Notes under the pieces: generated by a model
The model's input: the letters and a program-made list of their open reading frames with translations, nothing else
Told to the model about the DNA's origin: nothing
Database searches by the model: none
Shown: in pieces, positions 36,412-49,230 of the stretch
Position numbering within the stretch: position 1 is the stretch's first letter
How the letters are laid out: the number at the start of each line of letters is the position of its first letter
Made by a program: the position numbers and the translations under genes
NCBI RefSeq assembly: GCF_035084215.1
Contig: NC_090363.1
Location: forward strand, 12,276,001-12,340,000
Source: Heptranchias perlo
Taxonomy: Eukaryota
Reading direction: 5' to 3'
DNA length: 64,000 nt

Positions 36412-38465
36412 ATGGGACGGGCAGCAGTTTTCTCCGAATCAGTCATTTGCTATCCAATTCTTGCAATTATTGGTCTTCCCAGTAAGTAATAAATTAATGA
36501 CGAAAGGTCATCGACCTGAAACGTTAACTCTGTTCCTTTCTCCAAAGATGCTGCCTCACTGAGTATTTTCAGCATTTTCTGTTTTTATTTCAGAGTTCCA
36601 GAATCCGCAGTATTCTGCGCTTGCAGTAATAACAAGCAATTATTATGTGGACCATTTTTAAAATGCATTGTTGCTTTCACAATGTGCTGTTTGCCTCCAT
36701 CTCTTTCTTCCTTGGTTGCCCATTTTATGGTAAGTTTATTGAATAGAAAGCTCTCACTTTGCCTTACTTCTTATAAAAGGAAAACTATTGTGATATTATA
36801 TAAGGCTCTCTAAATGCATACATCAAATGCAAGTTCTCCCGTTTGTTAAACGCCTTGCAATCAGCTACATGGAATAACTGTGGCCATCAGGTTTATCGTG
36901 AGGACCCTTATGCGGAGTTTTAACCAGAGTTTATCTTCCAAATGTCAACAGGCCGGTTACGCATCTCCAAGATTCAGTATACCTGACTCACGTGAATTCC
37001 TAAACTTCTCCCACGCTGTGAATTGACTTTGGGGGCGAATTCAACCTAACCCGACTGTCGGGAAACTGACGGGATCGTGTGCATCGCTGGTTTAATACCC
37101 CATCCCATTTTATCCACTATTGAACGCAAAGGGTTCTAAAACCGGCGTTTCACGCCATACTTGGGTTAAAATTACCCCTTCTGTCGCATAATTTGAAGGA
37201 AATCAATGGCTATTTTACTGAACTCTCTTCATCACTTGCTCAGGATGAAAAGGCTTCTCATCAGTAATGTGTCTCCGAAAATATCATTGACAAAATCGTG
37301 AAACTGTCACAGTAAATCACGTGTGTCAAAGGAGGAGCCAATTTCCAGCAATTCGTATGCTGCACATATTTTATTCTCGACTGGGATCAGTTCAATCAGC
37401 AGATAGTAGCGAGTGAATTTGACACCGTCCTGATCCGGTTGTCTCAGTACAGCACCCGGTGAGACTGGGAGGAATCCGTTTCAGTAACAAGCCTCCTTTC
37501 TCACAAATACCAAACAGCCAATTGCAAAGGAGTGTGATTTTATATCCTTTTTTTTTCAATTTATTTCAGCAAACATGATGTCAGTTGTGATCCTGTCCCG
37601 GGGAAAGTGCGGTCTCGCCAAAGGAATCACTCGTTACATGGCGGCCATGGCAGTAGCAGATCTAATGGTTTGCATGTTTAATGTAATATTATGAAATATC
37701 TTCAGGTATCATTTTCGAGATTCATGGTTGAGCTACACTTACGTGTGCCGTTTTACTGCTTTTATACAAGTATTTAGCAGCCAGCTCTCTGTCTGGTTCA
37801 CAGTTTCATTCACGTTTGACCGCTTCATATCAATTTGTTGTCAGAAACTAAAATTGAAATATTGCACCGAAAGAACTGCCAGTGTAGTTTTAACGACCAT
37901 ATGTGTGCTCAGCTTTTTGATGAATATTCCTGTTTATTTCCGATTTGAGCCATACTATATGGTTGATCATATACAGTGGGGCTGCCGTACAGTTACAGGA
38001 TATTTTTCTTCACCGGCATGGGTAGCTTACAAATGGATTAGCACTCTCTCAACCCCAATTCTCCCATTCCCTTTGTTATTGCTGTTAAATTCTCTCACTG
38101 CCAGGCACATCTTAGTGGCCAGTAGATCTCGCAGAGTCCTGAAGAGCCGAAACAATGGGGAGAACCGCAGTGATCCCGAGATGAAGAACCGAAGAACATC
38201 CATCATTCTGCTCTTCGCTGTCTCGGGGAGTTTTATTGTGTTGTGGACGCCAATTACTGTAATACACATCTGTGTCGGTGTGACGGAGACACTTAGTTTC
38301 AAAGGTTCAAACTCACTTTATTTGGCAATTAGAATCACACTTCTGCTGATGTATTTGAGCTCCTGCACGAACACGTGCATTTATGCATTGACCCAGAGGA
38401 GATTCCGAGAGGAGATGAAGAATATGGTGAAATATCCGGTTACTTTCGTTTTCAAGTTATTTTAA
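36412..38465 (+). pseudogene. GPR139-like GPCR copy A', nonsense pseudogene (exons 36412-36481 + 37570-38465; R65*)
   Basis: Near-identical to copy A, but codon CGA (2494-2496 in A) is TGA at 37692-37694, which truncates the protein after TM2. Confidence 0.88.
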
Positions 38466-38979
38466 TAATTAAATTTTATTTACTCGCATTTTCCTGGGAT
38501 CTAGGTTCGTTGTTGCTACTTGAAGTGTTCGGCTGAGGCCAGGTATTGCACCCATTGGTTCTCATCCTTCCACAACACCAGTTGTCCATTTTCCTACCTC
38601 ACAAGGTGATGGCAGTTCCGCTCCTGTTCTAAAACTCGCCATACCGATATGAGAAAACGAATCGCACCGAATTCTCTAAACATATTACTGATAGAATGTT
38701 TTGCGTTATCTAAAAGTTCACAACATTTCACAATGGTTCATTTTTTGAGATGAAAGGACAGAGACCGAAGGTCCCCATCAGTTCTTGGCAAATTTCGGAA
38801 TATTCCCTTTGGCTCCTATGAGTGAAAATACCAGATACTCACCGTGAAGAGTCCATCTGGTCTGTGCATGTGAGGGCATCAGTGACTCATTGTGGATATT
38901 TCTTCTGTATCCAATCCGTCAGGTTATCAGTGTGATCCCTATGTCTAAAGGGTTGGAAGTTATGCTCCAGCGATACAAA

Positions 38980-41087
38980 CATAGAAACATATAGAAACAT
39001 AGAAAATAGGAGCAGGAGTAGGCATTCGTCACATCAAGCCTGTTCCGCCATTCATTATAATCATGGCTGACCCTCTATCTCAATGCCATATTCCCGCTCG
39101 CTCCCCATACCCCTTGATGCCTTCAGTGTCGAGAAATTTATCTAGCTCCTTCTTAAATATATTTAGTGAATTGGCTTCTACAGCCTTCTGTGGTAGAGAA
39201 TTCCACAGATTCACCACACTCTGAGTGAAGAAGCTTCTCCTCATCTCAGTCCTAAATGGCCTACCCCATATCCTGAGACTGTGACTCCTCGTTCTGTATC
39301 CCACAGCCAGGGGAAACATCCGCCCTGCATCCGGTCTGTCTAGCCCTGTCAGAGTTTTACATATTTCAATGAATACCCTCTCATTCTTCTCAACTGGAGT
39401 AAATACAGGCCGAGTCGACCCAATCTCTCCTCAAACGACAGTGCTGCCATCCCAGGAATCAGCCTGGTGAACATTCGTTGCACTCCCTCTAAGGCAATTA
39501 TATCCTTTATTAGATAAGGAGACCAAAACTGCATACAATACTCCAGATGTGGTCTCACCAAGCCCTGTATAACTGCAGTAAGACATATTAGCTCATGTAC
39601 TCAAATCCTCTTGCAATGAAGGCCAACATACCATTTGCCTTCCTAACTGCTTGCTGCACCTGCATGTTTGCTTTCAGTGACTGGTGTACAAAGACACCCA
39701 GGTCCCTTTGTTCATTAACATTTCCCAGTCCATCACCATTTCAATGATACTCTGCCTTTCTGTTTTTTCTTCCGAAGTGGATAACTTCACATTTAGCCAC
39801 ATTATACTGCATCTGCCATGTATTTGCCCACTCACTCAACTTACCTCAATCGCCTTGATGCCTCTTTGCTTTCTCCTCACATTTCATGATCCCACCTAAT
39901 TTTGTGTCGTCAGCAAACTTGGAAATATTACATTTGGTTCTCTTCTCCAAATCATTGATATATATTGTGAATAGCTGGGGCCCAAGCACTGATCCCTGCG
40001 GTAACCCACTAGTCACTGCCTGCCACCCCGAAAAAGACCCATTTATTCCAACTCTCTGTTTCCTGACTGTTAACCAATTTTCAATCCACGACAGTATATT
40101 ACCCACAATCCAATGTGCTTTCATTTTTCATGTGGGTCTTTATCAAAGGCTTTCTGAAATTCCAAATAAACCACATCTACTGGTTCTCTCTTACCTATTC
40201 TACCAGTTATATCCTCAAAAAACTGCAGTGATTTTGTCAAACATGATTATCCTTTCAGAAATCCATGTTGACTTTGTCTAATCCCTTTGATATTTTCTAA
40301 GTGTCCTGTTATCACATTCTTATAATAGACTCTAGCATTTTTCCTACTACTGATGTTAGGCTACCCGGTCTGTTTTCCCTGTTTTCTCTCTCCCTCAATT
40401 TTTAAAATAGTGGGCTTACATTTGCCACCCTCCAATCTGCAGGAACTGTTCCATAATCGATCGAATTTTGGAAAATGACAACTCATGCATCCACTATTTC
40501 CATGGCTACCGCTTTCAGTATTCTGGGATGCACATTATCAGGCCCTGTGGATTTATCGGCTTTCAGTCCCATTAATTTCTCCAGTACTATTTTTTTACTA
40601 ATACTAATTTCCTTTAATTCCTCCTTCTCACTACTCCCTTGGTTCCCTCGCATTTCTGGGAAGTTATTTGTGTCCTTTTCCGTGAAGACAAAACCGAAGT
40701 ATTTGTTCAATTGCTCTGCAATTTCCTTCTTCCCCATTATAAATTCTTCCGTTTCTGACTGTAAGGGACTTACATTTGTCTTCGCTAATCTTCTTCTTTT
40801 TACATACTTATTGAAGCTTTTACAGTCCACTTCTATGTCCCTTGCAAGTTTACTCTCATACTCTATTTTTCACTTCTTAATTGATCTCTTGATCCTTTTT
40901 TGCTGAATTCTAAACTGCTCCCAATCTTCAGGCTTGCTTCTTTTTCCGGTAACTTTATATGATTCCTCTTTTGATCTAATACTATTCTTAATTTCTTTTG
41001 TTAGCCACGGTTAGGCCGCTTTTCCTTTTGTGTTTTCGTGCCAGAAAGGAATGTATAATTGTTGCAATGCATGCATTGCTTCCTGTT
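38980..41087 (-). mobile_element. CR1 LINE insertion (duplicate of 3782-5889)
   Basis: Same RT fragments; TSD ATACAAA at 38973-38979 and 41088-41094. Confidence 0.9.
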
Positions 41088-41660
41088 ATACAAAGCCCTG
41101 GTTAGACCGCACCTGGAGAACTGTGTACAGTTCAAAGTACCTCAAAATGGAAAGGATATTGAACTTGATGGAAGGGCAGCGTTGATTTACTAGAATGATA
41201 CTTGGACTCCAAGGGTTCAATTGTGAGAGATTACACAAACTAGGGTTGTATTCCCTGGAATGTGGAAGATTAAGGGGTGATTTGCTCGAAGTTTTCAAGA
41301 TATTAAAGGGAACTGATATGGTAGATCGAGAGAAAGTATTTACGCTGGTTGAGGACTCTAGGACTAGGGGACATAGCCGAAAAATTACAGCCAGCATCTT
41401 GAGGAGTGAAGTTAGGAAACGCTTCCACACGCAAAGAATGATAGAAGTTTGGAACTCGCTTCGGCAAACGGCAGTTGATGCTAACTCAATTGTTAATTGT
41501 TAATCTGAGATTGATAGATTTTTGTCAACTAAAGGTGTCAAGCGATTTGGGGCGAAGACGGGTATATTGAGTTAGATCAGAGATCAGCCATGAATTCATT
41601 CAATGGCAGAACAGGCTCGAGGGGTTAAATGGCCTACTCATGTGCCTATGATCCAATGTT
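41088..41660 (+). mobile_element. Older CR1 3' fragment (duplicate of 5890-6460)
   Basis: Identical ORF at 41195-41503. Confidence 0.78.
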
Positions 41661-42743
41661 CCAATGATATCAGAACCATAACAATATGGTATGTAATTCT
41701 GCAACAAGTAAGGGACAGAAATTGTGTTTCTTTGTGACAAGGTCCACAGAGCTCTCCTGACGGGAGATTGATAGACACAGGAAGTCACATCGTTGGGTGT
41801 GCGAGGTTATATAACAATTGGACCATATTGTAAAATAGTAGAATTTGTTTTTAAATTTATTCTCAGAATGTGTACATCCCTGGCTAGGCCGGCATTTATT
41901 GCCCATCGCTAGTTGACGTGAGAAGGTGATGACCGACCTTCTTCCTTGAATCATCTTTATTGGTATGATACAACTGTGTGGCTTGCATGTCCATTATGAG
42001 GGTAGATAAGAGTCAACCAAGTAACAATAGGCCAGAATCTATGACAGTTTTCCTTCCCTAAAGGACATCATTGAACCGATTCGGTTTTTAAAACTATCAG
42101 ATTGCCTTATGATCACTTTTACTGGCTTTTTTTCCAGATGTCCAGGGAAACAGAATTAAAATTCTCATAAAGCGGTGGTGCAATTTGAACTCAAGGTCTC
42201 CGAATTACTAGCCCAGGAATATAACCGCTTCATTGTCGTAACCGTTATATCATTATAATGCACTGTCAAGCTTGCCCAATTCATAAATCTGTGCCTTGTT
42301 TGTTAAAGATCTGCTCCAATTAGAAGATTATGATTTGATTTTTGGCTTTAGGAGCTCAACTATTCGCTTCAATGCTCAAGGACTGAGAACATCTAGAAGT
42401 TGGGCGGGGTCCATTCTCCTGGTCAAATTTAAATGACCTCTCTGCGAAAGTATGCCTGTCTGGAGGCTGGGAGCAGCTCAGCTTGAGTTAAACCTAGAGT
42501 ACATCACATGTGGAGAATCACAATGCATCCTGACAGCAGTGAAAGATCACACGCTCTGGACCATGTGTCATACTTCGCAGAAAACCACCGCCTATGTTTG
42601 CACGTGAAATCCCTTACTTTGTGCAGAAATACATCGCATATTTTATTGCTTCTGATACCCTTGCACACGGTGACCAAAGGTATTCTTGATCAGTTCCTGC
42701 TGTCCTCTCACATACAAACCAGTAGTAACCACCCTGTGCTGTA

Positions 42744-43031
42744 GCTGATATTTTCAGTCATATGGACCAACGGCAACTTTTCCGTTCTGCAGATTATACA
42801 GTCACTCATAGGGACCAGATGGAATCTTCCAGTTATGTACCTGATATCTTCACTCATAGCGACCAAAGGAAATTTTCCCATTGTGCAGATGATACGTTTA
42901 CTCATAGGGATCAAAGGGAATCTTCCTATTCTGTATCTGATATTTTCGCTCATAGCGACCTGATGGCTTCCTCACATTTTGTATCTGACATCTTGACTCG
43001 TAGGGAAAATAGGAATCTTCTACCCTTTGTC
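42744..43031. repeat. 48-bp tandem repeat (duplicate of 7546-7833)
   Basis: Identical ORF translations at 42762-43040 and 42708-42953. Confidence 0.85.
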
Positions 43032-44399
43032 AAGCACTGATGGGAATCTTCCCCTGCTGCGTTTTCATCTAAAAAATGAACAATTGTGAACAATATTAAG
43101 GATTAAGTTGTGCATGTGATCGTCTAACATTCATCAGATTCAAACATCTGGATGAAAGTGTCCAATATGTCACTTGTACGTCAATGTTTTCTCCCAGTCT
43201 ACATATATTGTAAATTTATCTTCAGAATTGATCGCAACTGGGGCAATTCAAAAATCGAATTCATTGTCCGCATGCCTGATTGATTACTTGTTCGTTCTGC
43301 TGAGCAGATCTGAATCCACATTGCAATGAATTTACCTGATTTTAAAATATTTTAGTTTGCCAAATCTACAGAAATACTTTTCCATGCAATTCGATTTGAT
43401 ATAACTGTCCTGCTTGATGTGTCGAAGGCCATTTTATCAGGACAGAAGCAATCTTCCAAGGGGCTGATGTGCAAATTATGTCATTCAGATGATGATAAAC
43501 TTAGGCAAGAAACGTTGATGGATTAAAAGAGAAAAGTTGATTATATCGGCCTGCTATCAACAAAATGGTGGATAGGATTGCACAATGAATGATAAAAGTA
43601 ATTATTTTGGGAAAGGAACGGAGTGATGCAGAGAACAGATTGTGGGGAGTTCCTCAGTTGAAAAAAGGAATCAGGCGATGCGCCATGATCAACTGCGCAG
43701 GTAGAGGGTCATTTGCGGATGTTTGTCAGCAATAAGCCAATCTTTTATTCAAAATCTTCTAATATTAGCTTGTTTAGTTGTTCAAATGTCAATCCATGTC
43801 AATGGCGTTGACTATCAGCAAATTAAATTTTTAAAATACTCACCAGTAGGAATCTGGTGGTGTATCGATATATATCGAGGACATCGGTATAACTGCCTCA
43901 CCGAACTCCATGCTGGTGTTCAAAGATTAGAAGAGATCTTTCATGTCGATGAAGTAATTAAGATTTGAAAATGCCCTCCTTAATTTTGGAAAACACAGGG
44001 TTAAGTGCTTAACCTTGGCCTTTAGTTAGAAAGTCAGGGCTATCGACGTTCTTTGGGATAGAATGTTGACAAACAGCTCTTTAACTGAAAAGGATATGAG
44101 GAATGAATGCAACCGACAGTGTGTAAATAGAAGAACACGTGGCTGAGATCAGACACATGAATCTAGAGAACCAAAGGAAGAATTCTACCAGAATTAGAAT
44201 TTTTTGGAGTCAATGACAGGCAGGATCCGACATACAGTTTATGATAATCTTGACAACATTACATAAAATGGCCGTGAGAAAGCCTTGAAGACATTTTAGT
44301 GAAGTTTCACTGTATGGTTGGTATTTTAATATATTCCAATTTCGCTTTCAAAAGCTTAACACACGTTAACACACGTGCATGAGACAGGAAGTCAACGTG

Positions 44400-45663
44400 G
44401 GAACAGGAGTATGTCATTCAGTCCCTCGAGACTTTTCCGCTGTTCAATGAGGTCATGACTTATCTGTATCCTAATTTCATCCACCCGCCTTGGCTCCATA
44501 TCCTTAAATAACCTTGGCTGGAAAAACTGTCAAAGATCTCAGATTTAAAGTTATTAATTGAAGTCGCATCTATTGCTTTTTGTGGGAGAGAGTTCCACAT
44601 TGAGAATCTATGTGTGAAGAAAGATTTCCCAACTTCTCTCCTCAATGGCCTTGCTCTGAATTTAAGGTTATGGCCCTTTGTCCTCGACTCCACAATCAGC
44701 AGAAAAAAAATTCGCTCTATCTATCCTATCAGTTCCTTTCAAAATCCGAAAAAACGTCAATCAAATCACCCGTTAACCTTCTATATTCGAGGGACGACAA
44801 GCCTGGTTTGTGTATTCTCACCTCATAATCTAATCCTTGGATCCCTGGTAACATTCACGTGAATTTGCGCTGCACTCCTTCCAAGGCCAATATATCCTTT
44901 CTGAGGCGCAGTGCCCAGAACTGTACACAGTACTCCAGATGTCGACTAACCAGGGTTTTGTATAGCTGTGGCAAACATTCCTGTCCTTTCTATTCTATCC
45001 CTCTCCTGATGAAGGCTAACATTCCATTAGTCTTTTTGATAATTTTTTCTACCTGACGACTACATTTTACTGATCTGTGCAGATGGAGCACAAAATCTCC
45101 TTGGACCTCCAATGTTCCTAACTTTTCAGCATTCAAAAATACTCGGATCAATCTCTTTTTGGTAGAAAATGGATGACCTCACACTTGCCTGAATTGAAAT
45201 TACAATAACTTCCCCACAACAAATGTTAGATTATTAGATTTTAAATGTCATGGTATTTCTCTCTCATTTTTCTTAAATAATGGAGTTACATTTGCAGTAT
45301 TGCAATCTAAAGGGCCAATTCCAGAATCGGGAGTGCTGTGAATATTATGGCGAAAGCATCTGCAATTTCCTCACCTACTTCCTTTAAAATCCTGGGGGTA
45401 AAGTATAAGGCCTGGGGATTTGTCATTCTATACGGCCATCAATATTTCTAATTCAGTTTTCTTGCGTACATTATCGTCAGTGAGTTCCAGTCCTTGATTC
45501 ATTATTAGATTCCCTGGAATGTAAGGAATATTATCCTATTCCTCTACTGTGAAGACTAGCACAAAGGAATCATTCATCACGTCAGCCATTTCCTTATTTT
45601 CATTAGCAATATTACCAGCATCTTTTTTGCTTACACTTTTTCTTCTACTATAATGATAAACAC
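44400..45663 (-). mobile_element. Old CR1 fragments (duplicate of 9200-10465)
   Basis: Same minus-strand CR1 ORF2 remnants. Confidence 0.75.
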
Positions 45664-46334
45664 ATTTGTAAATTCCCTGCTATCGTTACAGAGGCAGGAG
45701 TTGGGGTTGTTCAATGGAGATGGGGAATTTGCTCAATTCAATACGGTCAGAATTAGATTGTGTCCCTCACATCCACACTGAGGCAATGAAATGTGTAACC
45801 GTGTCTGAGAAATTTCAAAGTGACGAAACACACAAAGGAAGAGTCGATGGGAGAATATACGAAACCTGAGGCCCAGTACAGAGCACAAGGAAGGTGTTAG
45901 CAGCAATTACAGTTTTGCATCTGTTGTGTATTTGCAGCAGATGCTGTTTAACTTTAGTTCTTTAATGTAGTCGCTGGACAGCGAGTGCTGTGCCTGGGGA
46001 GGCTGGGTTACTTGGGCACAAGGGGAGTCGGAGATAGGCGGTGAGGGTACCTGCGGTCCTTGGGCAACAGTGTGAAGGGGAGATAGGCTGCGAGGTGTCC
46101 CTGGGTTGCTTGTGCCACAGAGAAGGGGAAGGCAGGTGTTGAGGGAGCCCTGGGCTGCTTGGAACAAAGCGGGAAGCGGGAAGGGGTCCTTGGATTATAT
46201 TATGTGAACAGTGACACGGATACACACATCCGTTGAACAGTCGTTAACACATGACCCGTGTCTGTGCTGACCCATTTGTGACACATTTTTAATATCAAAT
46301 CAAAAATTCCTCGGTATGACAGGGACTTTCCGTC

Positions 46335-46715
46335 AATCATTCCCTTTTACTCACGGTGTAAGTACATGTACAGGAGCTGACATTGAGACACACATGTGGC
46401 ATTAAAGTATCAGACGGGACTGAATCATTCCCTTAAACCCACTGTGTACTGTACATGTATAGGAGCTGAAACTGAGACACACATGGACCATACAGTACCA
46501 GACGAGAGTGAATCGTTCCCTTGTACCCGCTGTGTGCTGTACACGTAGAGGAGCTGACATTGAAACACACAGAGGCCGTACAGTACCAGACGGGTGTGAA
46601 TTATTCCCTTTCACCCGCTGTGTGCTGTACAATTCCAAAGCTGAAACTGAGACACACACGAGCCATACAGTCCCAGGCGGGAGCGAATCATTACCATTTA
46701 CTGTGTATGGTATTA
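46335..46715. repeat. ~88-bp tandem repeat (duplicate of 11165-11545)
   Basis: Near-identical sequence. Confidence 0.85.
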
Positions 46716-46719
46716 CATA

Positions 46720-48560
46720 GATTTACAAAGAATTTACAGCACAGCAACAGGCCATTCGGCCCAACTGGTCTGTGCTCGTTTTTATACTCCGCACAAGCGT
46801 CGTTCCACTTTATTTTATCTAAAGCTATCTGCATGTCCTCGATCACTTTCTCCGACATGTACTTATCATGCTTCCCCTTAACTACATTTCTACTATTCGT
46901 CTGAACTGCTCCATGTGGTAGCAAGTTGCACATTCGAACAACTTTGTGGGTTTCTCCTGAATTCTTTATTGGATTTATTGGGAAATATCTTATTTTTATG
47001 GCCCCTCGTTTTAGATTCCTCCATTATTGGTAACATCTTCTCTACATTTCTCCTCTCAAACACCTTCATAATTTTGAAGATCTCGATTAGGTCACCGCTC
47101 AGCCTTCTGTTTTCTGGAGAAAAGATCTCCAGCCTGTTTGGTTTTTCCAGATATTTGTACCCTCTCAATTTTGATATCATCCTTGTAAACCTTTTTTGAA
47201 CCTTTTCCAGTGCCTCTATACTCTTTTGCAACATGGAGACTGGAGCTGTAGGCAGTGCTCCAAGTGTGGTCCAACCAACATTCCATACATGTTTAACATA
47301 ACTTCTCTGCTTTTCAATTCTATTCATTTAGAAATGAACCCCTGTGCTTTGTTTGCATCTTTAGGGCCTTGTATGGAGGAGGATGGTGTTCTCAACCGTG
47401 TCGAAGTCTGAGGTGAGGTCGAGCAGGATGAGGAGGGATATTTCACCACGGTCACAGTCACATACGATGTCATTTGTGACTTTGATAACGGCTGTTTCAG
47501 TCCTGTGGCAGAGGCAGAAACCTGATTGGAAGGATTCAAACATGGAGTTGCGGGAAAGATGCGCACATATTTGGGAGACGTTAACAACTTCAAGGACCTT
47601 GGAGTGGAATTGCAGCTTGGTGATAGTTGTTTGCGATGACAGGTGGGCCAAGGTTGTTTGCTTGATCAGGGGTGTGAGGACGGCAGATTTAAAGGAGAGA
47701 AAATCAGTAAAATAGCCATTGATTTGCTTCAAATTCTGACATAAAGCAAACAGAGTTCACAGCGTGAGAGAAGTTTAGAAATACACGTGAGTCAGAAATA
47801 CAAAATCTTGGACATGTGCAACAGGCTTGTTAACATCTGGAAGAAAAACTCAGGTTAAAACTCCGCATGAGGGGCCTCACATTAGACCTGGTGGCCACAG
47901 TTATTCCAGGAAATGGGACAGGGAAACCTCAACAATATCAGCAAACATGGGGGCTCGAAAGAGAAGTTGGGTGGTCAGCAGTTTGGTGAGAATAGGGTTG
48001 ACGCAGCAGGAAGTGGGTTTCATGGTCAAGATAAGCTTGGAGAGGGCATGAGGGGAGTTAGGAGAGAAACTAGAGAAAGATGGATGTTCAAGGCTAAGGC
48101 AGGGAGGAATGTTGGGGCAAGTTTGGCTCGGTGGGCTCAGGGAAGTGAGGGAAGTGGCAGAAGCAGCTGAACTGATGGCCTCAATCTTAGAAAGAGAGTA
48201 CTGTTGTTGGAGGCGAGATTAGTGGGGGCAGGACAAAGAGTTTAAAAGACGGTTTGTAGTGGAGAAGAGACGCCGGGGTTATGTTTGCATTCCAGAATGA
48301 TCCTGGAATAGTGAGCAATTTTGGCAGAGGAGACCATGACCCGATAAAGCTTTATGTGCTCCAACCAGATCTGGCAATGAATTGCTAAACCAGTTGTCTC
48401 CATAAATGTTCAAATCTGGGTCCGTTCGACTTAAGGGAGTGAAGATGGAGGCTGTACCAGGGCAAGGACCAGGGTGAGAGAGAGTAATGGTTTTAATGGA
48501 GGCAAGGGCATCAAAGTTGGAGGTGCGTTTGTGATTGAGCAGATCGGTAGCCATGAGGTA
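46720..48560 (-). mobile_element. CR1 3' fragment plus L2 ORF2 relic (duplicate of 11550-13390)
   Basis: ORFs 46893-47327 and 47361-47732. Confidence 0.78.
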
Positions 48561-49126
48561 CATTGCAGATATGTTATATTGATCAAAATAACCATTCAGG
48601 GTATAACATTGGTGACAATGGTCACTCAATCGCCGACCATGTTATGCTGGTGAAATTGTGTTACTTGCACTGACACCTAATTGAACAGTGCTGCCGGGTG
48701 ATGACCCATTTTATATTCCACTCCCAGCTTCGATACTGTATGTCATCAAGTCAATACGATTTACTCTATCACTCTATCACTCTCACAGCTTTTTGATATT
48801 ATTTACACTTTGACTCTCATGTGCTAACGGACGGGTTCACATTTTATTCCCCTTCTTCTCCATTTAACTTTCAGTTTTTATGACTGAAGAAACGAAGCCA
48901 TCGCAGAATGAATTAAAGCATCGTGTTCCCAAGAGCAGAATAACGCAATCAAGATGATGTAATGAGGTAACAGGTTCAGAGCGGGGTATTCATAAGCCTG
49001 AGAATGCCCATTGGAGCCTCGAATTACTCACTGCCTCATTAAGTGATCGTTTGGAAAATAAATATGTTCCAATGTGTTTGTTCCAGCGCGCGTGGCTGAT
49101 ACCGGGTTTAATGTAAAACCACTGTC

Positions 49127-49154
49127 TCCCTGTGGGACTGACTGGTGTATAAAA
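49127..49154 (+). promoter_or_regulatory. Putative core promoter of copy B' (TATAAAA 49148-49154)
   Basis: Duplicate of 13957-13984. Confidence 0.58.
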
Positions 49155-49230
49155 CACCTCCTGTTTCAATGCATTGTCTTTGTGTCCAAACCAGAGCCTT
49201 GCATCCACGATTGTCTCGCTTAGGCAGGAA

